28,932 nucleotides of DNA from a virus (lineage: Duplodnaviria; Heunggongvirae; Uroviricota; Caudoviricetes), in IMG/VR virus record IMGVR_UViG_2740892230_000022; one strand, given 5' to 3'. Of the stretch, positions 18,182-26,036 are shown in pieces (within the stretch, counting starts at the first letter, position 1; every line of letters starts with the position of its first letter). The position numbers were made by a program, and so were the translations under genes. A model generated the notes under the pieces. The model was not told the origin of the DNA and made no database searches. It saw only the letters and a list, made by a program, of their open reading frames with translations.

Positions 18182-19933
18182 ATGATTCAGGACGCTTTTG
18201 TGCGCCAGCGTGCGCGGCAACTTTACTGGCAGGGTTATCCGCCCGCAGAAATATCACGTCTGATGGGAATAAACCCGAACACGATTTATGCGTGGAAAAA
18301 ACGCGACCAGTGGGATGAAACGCCACCCGTGCAGCGTGTCACGCAGTCCATCGATGCGCGCCTCATCCAGCTTACTGAAAAACAGAATAAAACAGGCGGT
18401 GACTTTAAGGAAATAGACCTGCTGACCCGGCAGCTTAAAAAGCTGCATGATGGCCAGCCGGATGTGATGGCCGCAGGAAAGAAAGGCCGGGCGAAAAAAC
18501 TCAAAAATCATTTCACGCCGGAACAGATTGCCGCACTGCGGGAAAAAATCATCAGCAGGCTGGAGTGGCATCAGCGGGGCTGGTTTGACTCCCTGACCCT
18601 TTGCAGGGAAGCCGGGATACGTAACAGGATGATCCTGAAATCCCGACAGATTGGCGCGACCTGGTATTTTGCACAGGAAGCACTGCTGATGGCGCTGCGT
18701 GACGATGTGGCGCAACCTTACCAGCGTAACCAGATTTTTTTGTCTGCGTCGCGTCGTCAGGCGTTCCAGTTTAAAAGCATTATTCAGAAGGCCGCGGCTG
18801 AAGTTGATGTGGAGCTGAAAGGGGGCGATAAAATCATCCTCTCCAACGGCGCAGAGCTGCATTTTCTCGGCACTTCTGCTGCGTCGGCGCAGTCCTATAC
18901 GGGCAATTTTTATTTTGATGAATTTTTCTGGGTCAGTCGCTTTGCTGAACTGCGCAAGGTGGCTGGCGCTATGGCAACCCTCAGCGGATTGCGGCGCACC
19001 TACTTCTCCACGCCATCCACCGAAACGCACGAAGCATACGCCTACTGGAACGGCGACCGCTGGAACGAGAAAAAGGCCACGCATAAACGCCAGCGTTTTT
19101 CTGTGGACTGGAAAACGCTGCATAACGGGCTTATCTGCCCTGACCGGACGTGGCGGCAAATTGTCACGCTGGAAGATGTGGTTAATCACGGCTGGAAACA
19201 CACCGATATCGACGAAATTCGTGATGAAAACACCGAAGACGAGTTCCTCAATCTCTATATGTGTGAGTTTGTCCGCGAAGGGGAATCGGCATTTAACCTG
19301 AATATCCTGATTGGCTGCGGTGTTGACGGATACGACGACTGGAAAGACTGGAAACCTTTTGCTCCCCGCCCGATGGGGAATCGTCCGGTATGGATTGGGT
19401 ATGACGCAAACGGCAGCAGTGGCAACGGCGACAGCGGCGCTGTGTCCGTGGTGGTTCCTCCGGCTGTTCCTGGGGGCCGTTTTCGAACGGTGGAGACGCG
19501 ACGCGTTCAGGGGCTGGAGTTTGAAGAACAGGCCAGAGTCATTGAAGATTTCACGTATCGCTACAACGTGGAACACATCGGCATTGATGTGACGGGCGGG
19601 AACGGGGAGGCTGTTTATCAGATAGTGAAACGGTTTTTCCCTGCAGCTATTCCGTACACCTTCACGCTGTCATCAAAACGGTCGCTTGTACTGAAAATGC
19701 TGCAAATAATGCGTGCCGGGCGGTGGGAATACGATCGCGCCGAACGCGAGCTGGTCGCGGCCTTTAACGCCGTGCGTAAGGTGAAAACACCGGGCGGCTT
19801 TATCACTTACGAAACGGACCGCGCGAGGGGGAGCAGCCACGGCGACCTTGCGTGGGCAACCATGCTTGCTGTCATTAACGAACCAATTGGCGGCGAAGGA
19901 GAAAACGAGCGTTTCACAGTTATGGAGTTCTGA
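18182..19933 (+). CDS. P: P2 gpP-like terminase large (ATPase) subunit
   Basis: 583 aa. RARQLYWQGYPPAEISRLMGINPNTIYAWKKRDQWD...GGDFKEIDLLTRQLKKL matches the P2 P N-terminus. Divergent from O across 18028-18181. The 440-aa antisense ORF 18254..19576 is treated as spurious. Confidence 0.85.
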   Translation: MIQDAFVRQRARQLYWQGYPPAEISRLMGINPNTIYAWKKRDQWDETPPVQRVTQSIDARLIQLTEKQNKTGGDFKEIDLLTRQLKKLHDGQPDVMAAGKKGRAKKLKNHFTPEQIAALREKIISRLEWHQRGWFDSLTLCREAGIRNRMILKSRQIGATWYFAQEALLMALRDDVAQPYQRNQIFLSASRRQAFQFKSIIQKAAAEVDVELKGGDKIILSNGAELHFLGTSAASAQSYTGNFYFDEFFWVSRFAELRKVAGAMATLSGLRRTYFSTPSTETHEAYAYWNGDRWNEKKATHKRQRFSVDWKTLHNGLICPDRTWRQIVTLEDVVNHGWKHTDIDEIRDENTEDEFLNLYMCEFVREGESAFNLNILIGCGVDGYDDWKDWKPFAPRPMGNRPVWIGYDANGSSGNGDSGAVSVVVPPAVPGGRFRTVETRRVQGLEFEEQARVIEDFTYRYNVEHIGIDVTGGNGEAVYQIVKRFFPAAIPYTFTLSSKRSLVLKMLQIMRAGRWEYDRAERELVAAFNAVRKVKTPGGFITYETDRARGSSHGDLAWATMLAVINEPIGGEGENERFTVMEF

Positions 19934-21154
19934 TGAGCAGAAAAAATAAAAAAGTGCGCATGAGTTCACGCATTGATCTCGCTGATGCGCTCAGGAAAGA
20001 ATCGTCGCTCAGTGCATTCACATTTGATGGTCCTTACCGCCTGACCGGGCATGACCTGCTGGACAATATGTACTGTGCTGATAACGGGCGNNNNNNNNNN
20101 TTTTGATGGTCCTTATCGCCTGACCGGGCATGATTTGCTGGACAATATGTACTGTGCTGATAACGGGCGGTGGTATGAAACCCCGGTGGACTGGTACGGT
20201 CTGGCAAGAGCCGCCCGGCAAACGTCCTGGCATCAGTCTGCGCTTTACTTTAAGCGCAACGTATTGCTCGGGTGCTACATCCCGCACCCGCTGCTTTCCC
20301 GGCAGGATTTCTCGGCGCTGGCGCTGGACTGGTTTGTGTTCGGTAACGCATTTCTTGAGCTTAGAAGCAATATGCTCGGCGAACCGCTTAAATTACGGCA
20401 CGCACTGGCGAAATACATGCGACGCGGAAGCGATCTTGNNNNNNNNNNCCTTGAGCTTCGAAGCAATATGTTCGGCGAACCGCTTAAATTACGGCACGCC
20501 CTGGCGAAATACATGCGACGCGGAAGCGATCTTGAATCATGGTGGTATGTGCAGGATGGCAAGGATGCGTTTCAGTTTCGCCCTGGCAAAGTGTGCCACC
20601 TGATGAATCCGGACATTAACCAGGAAATTTACGGCATGCCGGAATATCTTGGCGCATTACTCTCGGCCAGCCTGTCTCATTCGGCGGACATGTTCAGAAA
20701 ACTGTATTACGACAATGGATCCCACGCCGGGTGCATCATCTACATCGGTGCAGCGCAGGTAAACCGCGAAAGCATGGACTCCCTGAAAGAAACGTTACAG
20801 GGTGCGCGTGGTGGTGGCGCGTTTAAAAACGTGCTCATCCATGCGCCCAACGGGGGCAAAGAGGGGGTGCAAATTTTGCCGTTCCAGCAGATCACCGCAA
20901 AGGATGAGTTCATGAATGTTAAGGCGGCATCCCGTGATGATGTGCTGGCTGCGCACCGCGTTCCGCCGCAACTGATGGGGGCGATGCCGGGCGAAAAAAG
21001 TGCGTTTGGTGATGTGGAGAAGGCCGCGCGGGTTTACGCAATTAACGAGCTGATGCCCGTCATGGAGGCCATGAAGCACATCAATGACTGGCTTGGCGAA
21101 GAGGTGATCCGCTTTAACCCTTACGCACTGTTAGACACCCAACCCACATCCTGA
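19933..21154 (+). CDS. Q: P2 gpQ-like portal protein (composite across N10 joins at 20091 and 20439)
   Basis: ATG 19933 overlaps the P stop (ATGA). Portal-sized product immediately after the terminase, ending next to the intergenic region 21155-21665. Confidence 0.75.
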
Positions 21155-21483
21155 CGCGCTTCGCTTGTCTGCTGCTTCGCTGGGGCATAAAAAATTTATG
21201 CCCCGACTCTCCAGCTCCTGTATCAATCAGATAATTTCACGACGCTTTCCTGCTTATTGCCATCATCGACAGTCAGACTCTTACGCAATCCCACCGCGTT
21301 GATTGCATGTTCTCGCCGTCTCAGTGCGATTTTGACGGCCTTACCTTTCACCTCATCAAATCAAAAGCCCTCACGTCTTTTTCACGCTCAGCGTGAGAAA
21401 TACAGCCATTCTGTTGTGTCGCTGCGACATCGTTCAGGGGATGCTATTTACCCCCTGAAACGCGGGCTGTTCCCCCGTCACCT

Positions 21484-21508
21484 GCGCGCAGAAAAAGCGC
21501 GTTTTTTT
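21484..21508 (+). terminator. candidate intrinsic terminator after the P-Q operon
   Basis: CGCGC-AGAAAAA-GCGCG hairpin followed by TTTTTTT. Confidence 0.45.
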
Positions 21509-21580
21509 GTGCACGCACGGATCCTTGACGGATCCAGCCGCCATACGGGCCGGAAGGGTAAAAAGTCGTTCAAAAAAATT

Positions 21581-21610
21581 GTGCAAATTTGTGCACTTTT
21601 GTGCAAACAA
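21581..21610. repeat. three GTGCA motifs at exact 10-bp phasing with A/T tracts
   Basis: GTGCAAATTT / GTGCACTTTT / GTGCAAACAA starting at 21581, 21591 and 21601. Confidence 0.5.
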
Positions 21611-21631
21611 AAAGCGCCCCTGAGGCGCTTT
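21603..21631 (-). terminator. candidate intrinsic terminator ending the leftward accessory operon
   Basis: On the minus strand: AAAGCGCC-TCAGG-GGCGCTTT hairpin (8 bp) followed by TTGTTTGC. Confidence 0.5.
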
Positions 21632-21665
21632 AGTGTTTTATAGGTTGTGTATATTTGCTGGGTCC

Positions 21666-21929
21666 TTATCCTGCTGTGCTTTCAACTGATGAGGGGAACA
21701 AAATCTTTTCATCAAACCCTGCATTCATATCATGGACAGCAACACACCAATCCATTGACGAACGATTATCAAGAGCCTCCATGATTTCATCCATGCGGCG
21801 TAGGTCATACAGGTAAATGCTTTTATCGCCAATGGTGTAAAAACCAATTTTTTTCGGTGATGGACAGCGATCAAGAACGTCCTGTAATTCGTTCAACCAT
21901 GCCTGTTCTTTTTTTGTCAAAGTTGCCAT
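21666..21929 (-). CDS. hypothetical protein, 87 aa
   Basis: ATG 21927-21929 after AAGGAAA. MATLTKKEQAWLNELQDVLDRCPSPKK... Low-GC context; no family recognised. Confidence 0.5.
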   Translation of the reverse strand: MATLTKKEQAWLNELQDVLDRCPSPKKIGFYTIGDKSIYLYDLRRMDEIMEALDNRSSMDWCVAVHDMNAGFDEKILFPSSVESTAG

Positions 21930-21930
21930 A

Positions 21931-22074
21931 TCAGTTTTCCTTATACGGATTAATTTTATTGTGCAGTGTGTTGAACGGAGCCCATACCACGTCGTTATAC
22001 AATTCAATAACTGGCTCAATTATTTTTCCGATTCCCCATACCAGAATTAACGGGGATATCGGTATCATCAACAC
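21931..22074 (-). CDS. possible small hydrophobic peptide, about 47 aa
   Basis: GTG 22072-22074 or ATG 22066-22068; (VL)MIPISPLILVWGIGKIIEPVIELYNDVVWAPFNTLHNKINPYKEN*, stop 1 nt before the next ATG. No clear SD. AT-rich DNA gives hydrophobic codons in any frame, so this is weakly supported. Confidence 0.2.
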   Translation of the reverse strand: MLMIPISPLILVWGIGKIIEPVIELYNDVVWAPFNTLHNKINPYKEN

Positions 22075-22180
22075 GATAAACAGAATGAGAAACAGAAATT
22101 CTGTTGTTCTACTCTTTCGCGGATATTTTTTCTAAATAATGTGACCATTCATTACCGCCCTTTCGGGCGGCCTCCTGACA

Positions 22181-22393
22181 TTAATCGTTGTGATAACTCA
22201 TAGCTTCATTTGCAGCATCAACTGGATCAACCTCCCTCCAGCAATAATTTGGGTCGGCTCCTTCAGGCGTCCACGGTTCTAATTCATTTTTTGCCGCATT
22301 CTCATCGCCAGTAATTTTAAAAATCTGCTCAGAGAATTTTCTTGCCCACTCGTTATATTTTTCCGCATTAATGGCTTTCTGTGTATTTAACAT
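22181..22393 (-). CDS. hypothetical protein, 70 aa
   Basis: ATG 22391-22393 after GGAGGTG at good spacing. Acidic product MLNTQKAINAEKYNEWARKF... Confidence 0.55.
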   Translation of the reverse strand: MLNTQKAINAEKYNEWARKFSEQIFKITGDENAAKNELEPWTPEGADPNYCWREVDPVDAANEAMSYHND

Positions 22394-22443
22394 AAATACA
22401 CCTCCAGTTAAGGATTAGATTTTATTTACAGCGCTAAATTTAT

Positions 22444-22800
22444 TTATTCAGTTCTGGATTTTGTCACCCTGCGTATCCGCGCTTTCGCGTTACGCTCAAT
22501 CTGAATTAACTTTTCTATATTTTTCCGCCTTTCCTGTTCCTCCTGGCGCAATAGCTTTACATCATCTGCCAGCCTAGTTTCTCTTTTCGCCACAGAGAGC
22601 ATCCAGTCAAATGGCTCCACAACTGCACCGCAGATTTTACAGCGGACCTGACGCTCTTTTTCGTCAACCCGGACAGAGGCGTGATGACAATATGGTCTTT
22701 CCGATGGCTCATAAAGAAAATTAACCTGATTACGAGGGTCATCCTCTTTTACCGGAAATAAAACGATATTGCTTAACTCATCCTCTGGTTTTATTTCCAT
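22444..22800 (-). CDS. hypothetical protein with putative zinc-ribbon (C-HH...CxxC), 118 aa
   Basis: ATG 22798-22800 after AGGAGAGG. YCHHASVRVDEKERQVRCKICGAV, then a basic coiled-coil-like tail. Overlaps the upstream gene by 23 nt. Confidence 0.55.
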   Translation of the reverse strand: MEIKPEDELSNIVLFPVKEDDPRNQVNFLYEPSERPYCHHASVRVDEKERQVRCKICGAVVEPFDWMLSVAKRETRLADDVKLLRQEEQERRKNIEKLIQIERNAKARIRRVTKSRTE

Positions 22801-23239
22801 GCTCCTCTCCTTTGATGCGAATGCCAGCGACGCGTAATGCGTGTTCTAGGTCAATCAGGTAAAGCCAACTGCCATTTTCTTTAGGTATCATGACATGTCG
22901 CTCATCTGCATTTATCGGGTGTCCATATCGAAGGTCGTAGCGAGTCGGTAATTGAACTTCCCGCGCATCCAGTTCAGCAATACGCTTGCTCCCATCAGAG
23001 ATAACGCCTTCGTAATACTCACGCTGCTCGTTGAGTTGTGATTTTGCTTCTTCCAGTCCATCCAGCAAACCAGCGATAATATCCGCTTCCCGATGACGGA
23101 TATGACGCTTAAACGCAGCAAGAGCCGCATCACAATCCCGTTCAGCATTTGGGCTGTCCGGGATAGCCTGATACCACGCCAGCGTCGACTGATAGTTTTG
23201 TGCTGCCTCACGAAGCGCCTCATAGTTAACCTCTCTCAT
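22778..23239 (-). CDS. Ead/Ea22-like family protein (coiled-coil)
   Basis: ATG 23237-23239 after AGGAGGTG. MREVNYEALREAAQNYQ...KRIAELDARE...AGIRIKGE resembles Ea22-like prophage early proteins; assigned from memory. Confidence 0.45.
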   Translation of the reverse strand: MREVNYEALREAAQNYQSTLAWYQAIPDSPNAERDCDAALAAFKRHIRHREADIIAGLLDGLEEAKSQLNEQREYYEGVISDGSKRIAELDAREVQLPTRYDLRYGHPINADERHVMIPKENGSWLYLIDLEHALRVAGIRIKGEEHGNKTRG

Positions 23240-23532
23240 TGAGCCACCTCCTGATAAATCACCGCATGCCCCAGTTTCTCCGCCAGTGCCAGCTCTGCCT
23301 TAGCGCCCGCTGACCGCTGCCAGCCATTCAGCATGTAAATCGCATCCACACAACGAATCATTGCCATGCAAATATCCATGTAGTGCGGCTGTGTCAGCCC
23401 GTCCGGAAGTACTGCCGGGGTTAAGACGGTATGCCCTTCCCGTTTCAGTTCCTCTTCCGCCTTGTGAAACGCCTCACGGTTGAAATTTTCATATCCCGTC
23501 ATTGGACCGGCAATATAAACTCTCACCCTCAC
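23236..23532 (-). CDS. DUF4406 (nucleoside 2-deoxyribosyltransferase-like fold) protein
   Basis: GTG 23530-23532 after AGGAGGTGA. MRVRVYIAGPMTGYENFNREAF... carries the YIAGPMTG N-terminal signature. Confidence 0.6.
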   Translation of the reverse strand: MRVRVYIAGPMTGYENFNREAFHKAEEELKREGHTVLTPAVLPDGLTQPHYMDICMAMIRCVDAIYMLNGWQRSAGAKAELALAEKLGHAVIYQEVAQ

Positions 23533-23951
23533 TCCATCACCTCCTGAAAGTTTCCCCGATAGAACGCCAGCACACGCTGCATAACTTCGCTCCTCCTGCT
23601 CTCACGACAAATTATGTTCTGGTGCCTGTCGTAGCGGCGTATTTCGCCGTCTGGTAACGACCAGATAAGGTCCGGATCAACCACTGCAGGTTTCTTCAGC
23701 TTTGCCCTTGAGAGCTTTTTACGGGCATTTTGCCAGTCCTTACGCGCCTGTTCAGACGGGAATAACCCGTAACCAGAGTTGTATACATCGCCACTGGCAA
23801 CCAGCTCTCTGGCCAGAACGCTCATCAGATATCTTGTTTCCCCAGTTTTAGCTTCCAGTTGTCGTAACGTCTCGCGCCCACTCTGGCGTACGAGTTCAAG
23901 AACCTGCCCTTTAATTTTTTCCCGCTCTTCTTGTGTAAAAACTTTTGCCAC
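23529..23951 (-). CDS. hypothetical prophage early protein, predicted winged-helix DNA-binding
   Basis: GTG 23949-23951 after AGGAGGG. MAKVFTQEEREKIKGQVLELVRQSGRETLRQLEAKTGETRYLMSVLARELVASGDV... Has a paralog at 24085..24413. Confidence 0.5.
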   Translation of the reverse strand: MAKVFTQEEREKIKGQVLELVRQSGRETLRQLEAKTGETRYLMSVLARELVASGDVYNSGYGLFPSEQARKDWQNARKKLSRAKLKKPAVVDPDLIWSLPDGEIRRYDRHQNIICRESRRSEVMQRVLAFYRGNFQEVME

Positions 23952-23995
23952 AAGCCCTCCTGAAAATTACCCCATGACCTGAAATCTGTTACCCT

Positions 23996-24039
23996 CTGAA
24001 TCCCGGCGGAATTTCGGTGTCCGGTTCAGAAATATGATT
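23996..24039. repeat. 44-bp palindromic intergenic element, copy 1
   Basis: CTGAATCCCGGCGGAATTTCGGTGTCCGGTTCAGAAATATGATT: arms CTGAA(T)CCGG and CCGGTTCAG flank the core. Lies 44 nt upstream of the GTG of 23529..23951; the contig ends 35 nt beyond it. Confidence 0.6.
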
Positions 24040-24084
24040 AACACAACGCTGGTTGTTCGTGCCGCTTACCGGGANNNNNNNNNN

Positions 24085-24413
24085 TGGCGGCACTCACGAC
24101 AAATTATGTTCTGCCGTCTGTTGTAACGACGTATTTCTCCGTCAGGTAACTTTCGAATCAGTGTCGGGTCAGCAGCCTTCTCCGGTGTCTTACGCCATAC
24201 GCGATACGCCTGCTCTGATGGAAATACCCCGCAACCAGAGAGCCAGACATCACCACTGGCCGCAAGCGCACCAGATAAACGACGAATAGCGGTCTTACTG
24301 ACACCCGTTTTATCTGCCAGTTGTCGAAAAGTTTCTCGTCCGCTCAGGCGCACGAATTCCACAATGCGCGCCTTCACTTCTTCCCGCTCTTCTGGTGTAA
24401 ATACTTTTGCCAT
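24085..24413 (-). CDS. paralog of the MAKVFT winged-helix protein (3' end off-contig)
   Basis: ATG 24411-24413. MAKVFTPEEREEVKARIVEFVRLSGRETFRQLADKTGVSKTAIRRLSGALAASGDV...PDGEIRRYNRRQNIICREC. Confidence 0.5.
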
Positions 24414-24428
24414 AAGCGCCTCCGGCAA

Positions 24429-25199
24429 TCACTTTTCCGATACAACACGGCGGGAAGAATCAGTAATCTGTCGAACAATATCCCGGTGCTTGTTCAGCTC
24501 CCGCAGCGCGGCGCAGACTCGCTCCCACTTCTGAACATCACTTTTCGCCCTGCGCAGCGCCAGGTTTGCCCTGCGAAGGGACGGAAAAATCAGCTCATCT
24601 GCTTGCGTTTCGGTAAACGATGGCAACGGCTGCACAATGTCCGCCACAGTTTCTGTTTTAATTTCTTCCTGTGTTGCGGCTTCCCGGACTGGTAACGCAG
24701 CACCTGCTGGCTGAGGAAAGGCCTTACCATCACTTTCCGTTACCAGCGCGGCTTTCGGCTCTGCTGGTAAATTATCGCCCGGCATGCAGTAACGAAATTT
24801 ACCGTTCTGATTAACGCGTGCCAGCCGCCCCGTTGCGGTTACCACCGCCAGCGTGGAGGCAACCTTGCGAGTACTGACGCCGAACTTACCCGCCAGTTCC
24901 TCACACGTTTTAGCACCATCCTGACCGATAAACTCAATCATCATGTCTGCGGTAACTTTTTGTTCGACCTCTCCGGTCAGCATATCCTGTGCTTCAGATT
25001 TTACTGGCCGCTCTTCGGTTACCCGGGATTCACCTTCGCCAGCCAGAAACCAGGTGTGACCAGTTTTATCAACGACGCCATTTCTTTTGAGTTCCCACAG
25101 CTCGTTGACAGCCTCTTCACGACTGATTCCAAGGCGAGCTGCCACCACATGTGAAGAGGCTTTTTTCAGTGCTTTCAGTGCGTCAGATACGGTTTCCAT
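24429..25199 (-). CDS. hypothetical protein, 256 aa, two winged-helix-like segments
   Basis: ATG 25197-25199 after GGAGGA. Downstream of the DnaC-like loader in the same operon; family not confidently recognised. Confidence 0.5.
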   Translation of the reverse strand: METVSDALKALKKASSHVVAARLGISREEAVNELWELKRNGVVDKTGHTWFLAGEGESRVTEERPVKSEAQDMLTGEVEQKVTADMMIEFIGQDGAKTCEELAGKFGVSTRKVASTLAVVTATGRLARVNQNGKFRYCMPGDNLPAEPKAALVTESDGKAFPQPAGAALPVREAATQEEIKTETVADIVQPLPSFTETQADELIFPSLRRANLALRRAKSDVQKWERVCAALRELNKHRDIVRQITDSSRRVVSEK

Positions 25200-25220
25200 T
25201 AAAATTTCCTCCGGACAAAA

Positions 25221-25967
25221 TTACTTCACAACCCTCATATTGCTGACATTTGGACGCCAGCTATCCCAGTTAAACGTCACCCATCGACCACCGTTCATGG
25301 TCATGCGGTCCATAATCCTCTCACCAAGAAGCGTACTCATTGCGGCATGATTCAGGTTTGTTAACATCCCGACACTGCACAGTGATGCTGTCCGGCGATC
25401 AATTATCTGGTGTAATACCACCTGCTCGTTTTTCGTCTCCCGCTGAACGCCTATTTCATCCAGGACCAGCAAATCAACACTGCAAAGCTCCTGTAAAAAT
25501 TTTTCCCCGGATTTGCCGTTGTCGTAGCTGTCATGCAACACGCTCATGACATCAGACACGGTGACGATAATCACGCTGCGCCCCTTCGCCATCAGCCGGT
25601 TACCCATCGCCGCTGCAAGGTGATTTTTCCCGGTGCCGGTTTTACCGCTGAACACAAAATTCGTGCACCCGGTCATCAGTTCGTCAGCTATGGATTTGGC
25701 CTGGCTCAGCGCGTATTTTTGCCCGTCGTTCTGCACCTGATAATTCGCAAACGAGCATTTGCTGTGCAGAGGCTGGATGCCCGAACGATTCAGGATTTTT
25801 TCCACCCGCAACTGGTGATTCTGGCGGTTAATCTCCTCGCTGCGTTTTCGTCCTTCAGCAAGTTGCCATTCCCGCCACTCCTCCACCGTCCGGTACGGTG
25901 GAACCGACGCCTGTGGTGCAAGTCTGCGAATACGTTCAAGAACCCCGGCTGCCGCAATGTTTTTCAT
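25221..25967 (-). CDS. DnaC/IstB-like AAA+ helicase loader (lambdoid P-position replication protein)
   Basis: Walker A GKTGTGKNHLAAA and Walker B DLLVLDEIG. ATG 25965-25967 after AGGGGGTGA. Confidence 0.85.
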   Translation of the reverse strand: MKNIAAAGVLERIRRLAPQASVPPYRTVEEWREWQLAEGRKRSEEINRQNHQLRVEKILNRSGIQPLHSKCSFANYQVQNDGQKYALSQAKSIADELMTGCTNFVFSGKTGTGKNHLAAAMGNRLMAKGRSVIIVTVSDVMSVLHDSYDNGKSGEKFLQELCSVDLLVLDEIGVQRETKNEQVVLHQIIDRRTASLCSVGMLTNLNHAAMSTLLGERIMDRMTMNGGRWVTFNWDSWRPNVSNMRVVK

Positions 25968-25980
25968 GCCACATCACCCC

Positions 25981-26024
25981 CTGAATCCCGGCGGAATTTC
26001 GGTATCCGGTTCAGAAATATGATT
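25981..26024. repeat. 44-bp palindromic intergenic element, copy 2
   Basis: Identical to 23996..24039 except one base (GGTATCC vs GGTGTCC). Lies 13 nt upstream of the ATG of the DnaC-like gene; the contig ends 2 nt beyond it. Confidence 0.6.
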
Positions 26025-26036
26025 CANNNNNNNNNN

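Noticed and set aside
18254-19576. 440-aa antisense ORF inside the terminase large-subunit gene
   Set aside because: The sense-strand product matches P2 gpP along its length; long antisense ORFs are common in GC-rich coding DNA. No SD and no recognisable family.
21257-21643. 128-aa plus-strand ORF in the Q-proximal intergenic region
   Set aside because: It runs through two terminator hairpins and the phased GTGCA repeats, has no SD, and is Arg/Ser-rich in a way typical of out-of-frame translation of structured non-coding DNA.
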